A DNA stretch of 63,299 nucleotides, counting the filler, from Craspedostauros australis (taxonomy: Eukaryota), in the NCBI GenBank assembly GCA_030167865.1. It is 14 parts of 14 records of this genome, joined end to end, with 100 filler letters (N's around TTAATTAATTAA, not from the genome) between each part and the next. Parts side by side here need not be neighbours in the genome. Positions count along the whole stretch, not along the records: positions 62,137 to 63,299 come from JALAGF010003135.1; 13 more parts are not named here. One strand, written 5' to 3'. This document shows positions 62,636 to 63,299 of this stretch, in pieces (positions within the stretch are counted from its first letter, which is position 1; each line of letters starts with the position of its first letter). The notes under the pieces were generated by a model. That model had not been told where the DNA came from, searched no databases, and saw nothing but the letters and a program-made list of their open reading frames with translations. Position numbers and translations under genes: made by a program.

Positions 62636-63219
62636 GCGGATGTTGAACATTCGTCCGCACTTTCGGGGAGTTGCGGATCATCGACATTTTCCATACAAAA
62701 ACGTCCGTACGTCGACCGTGTGTATTGCGTGCCCATACAAACGTCTGTACGTCGTCCGTCAATCGACCCAAAGTTCGGTCTGGCCGTCGTACGTCACCGT
62801 GTTAAATCCTCGTACATTAGGGTTTGATTAATTGCACCTGCGGACACTATCATGGCTATAGCTAGGGTTAGGGTTTATAAAAGCCGGAACCTGAACAATA
62901 ATTCGTTTTTATTTTTGGCTTTTTGGTGGTTGGTGGTTTGGAGCGGGCTCTTGGGCATGTTTATTGACGCTCGCTTTTGTCAACGGGTGGATATTGAGCG
63001 AGCTGTGTGGTGTTGAAGTTTGTGATTATTTTGGGTTGATTAGGGGTATTTTGGGAGGTGTGGGACATGGACATTTGGTGGTACATTTGGGAGTTGCGGG
63101 AAATGGTGAATTGGTGTCAATTAACGTCTGTACGTCGTCCGTAGTGTACTGGATTGTGGATAATTGGTCTGTCCTTCGTCTGTTTGGATGTGTGTACAGT
63201 GATTGGTCTGTACGTCGTT

Positions 63220-63299
63220 CGTTGTGTGTTGTGCGAGTGTGTGAGTGTGTGTGTGAGTGTGTGTGTGAGTGTGTGTGTGAGTGTGCGAGGGTGAGTGTG
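63220..63299. repeat. (GT)n-rich microsatellite
   Basis: GTGTGTGA-type units. Confidence 0.9.

Noticed and set aside
62815..62880. True telomere
   Set aside because: Only about two TTAGGG units, internal to the contig
1..63299. tRNA, rRNA or snRNA genes
   Set aside because: None recognised by eye; tRNAscan-SE and Infernal would be needed to exclude them

Overview
Eukaryotic genomic DNA, very probably from a diatom: it has GT-AG introns, a signal-peptide+ASAF plastid-targeting motif, an LHC/FCP gene, and HA-domain and DUF6824-like genes. The window is not contiguous. Thirteen artificial N-TTAATTAATTAA-N linkers join 14 contigs, so adjacency across a linker has no biological meaning. The first two contigs (1-21.4 kb, 21.5-36.1 kb) are gene-rich: DUF2256, HA-domain protein, carotenoid cleavage oxygenase, DAG-lipase-like, LtrA-like, Cys-rich repeat protein, LHC, CRAL-TRIO/DUF6824-like, Ubl-WLM protease, a secreted beta-protein and an SGNH hydrolase. 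Later contigs hold gene fragments, LINE and Ty1/copia remnants, an intron-containing YqaJ-like nuclease, three tandem Myb/SANT-like paralogues, satellites and one AT-rich contig. The least explained structure is a ~4.2-kb cassette bracketed by two direct arrays of a 20+20-bp repeat (7907-8122, 11966-12149). I could not establish a new biological system. All family calls come from reading motifs by eye, not from database searches.
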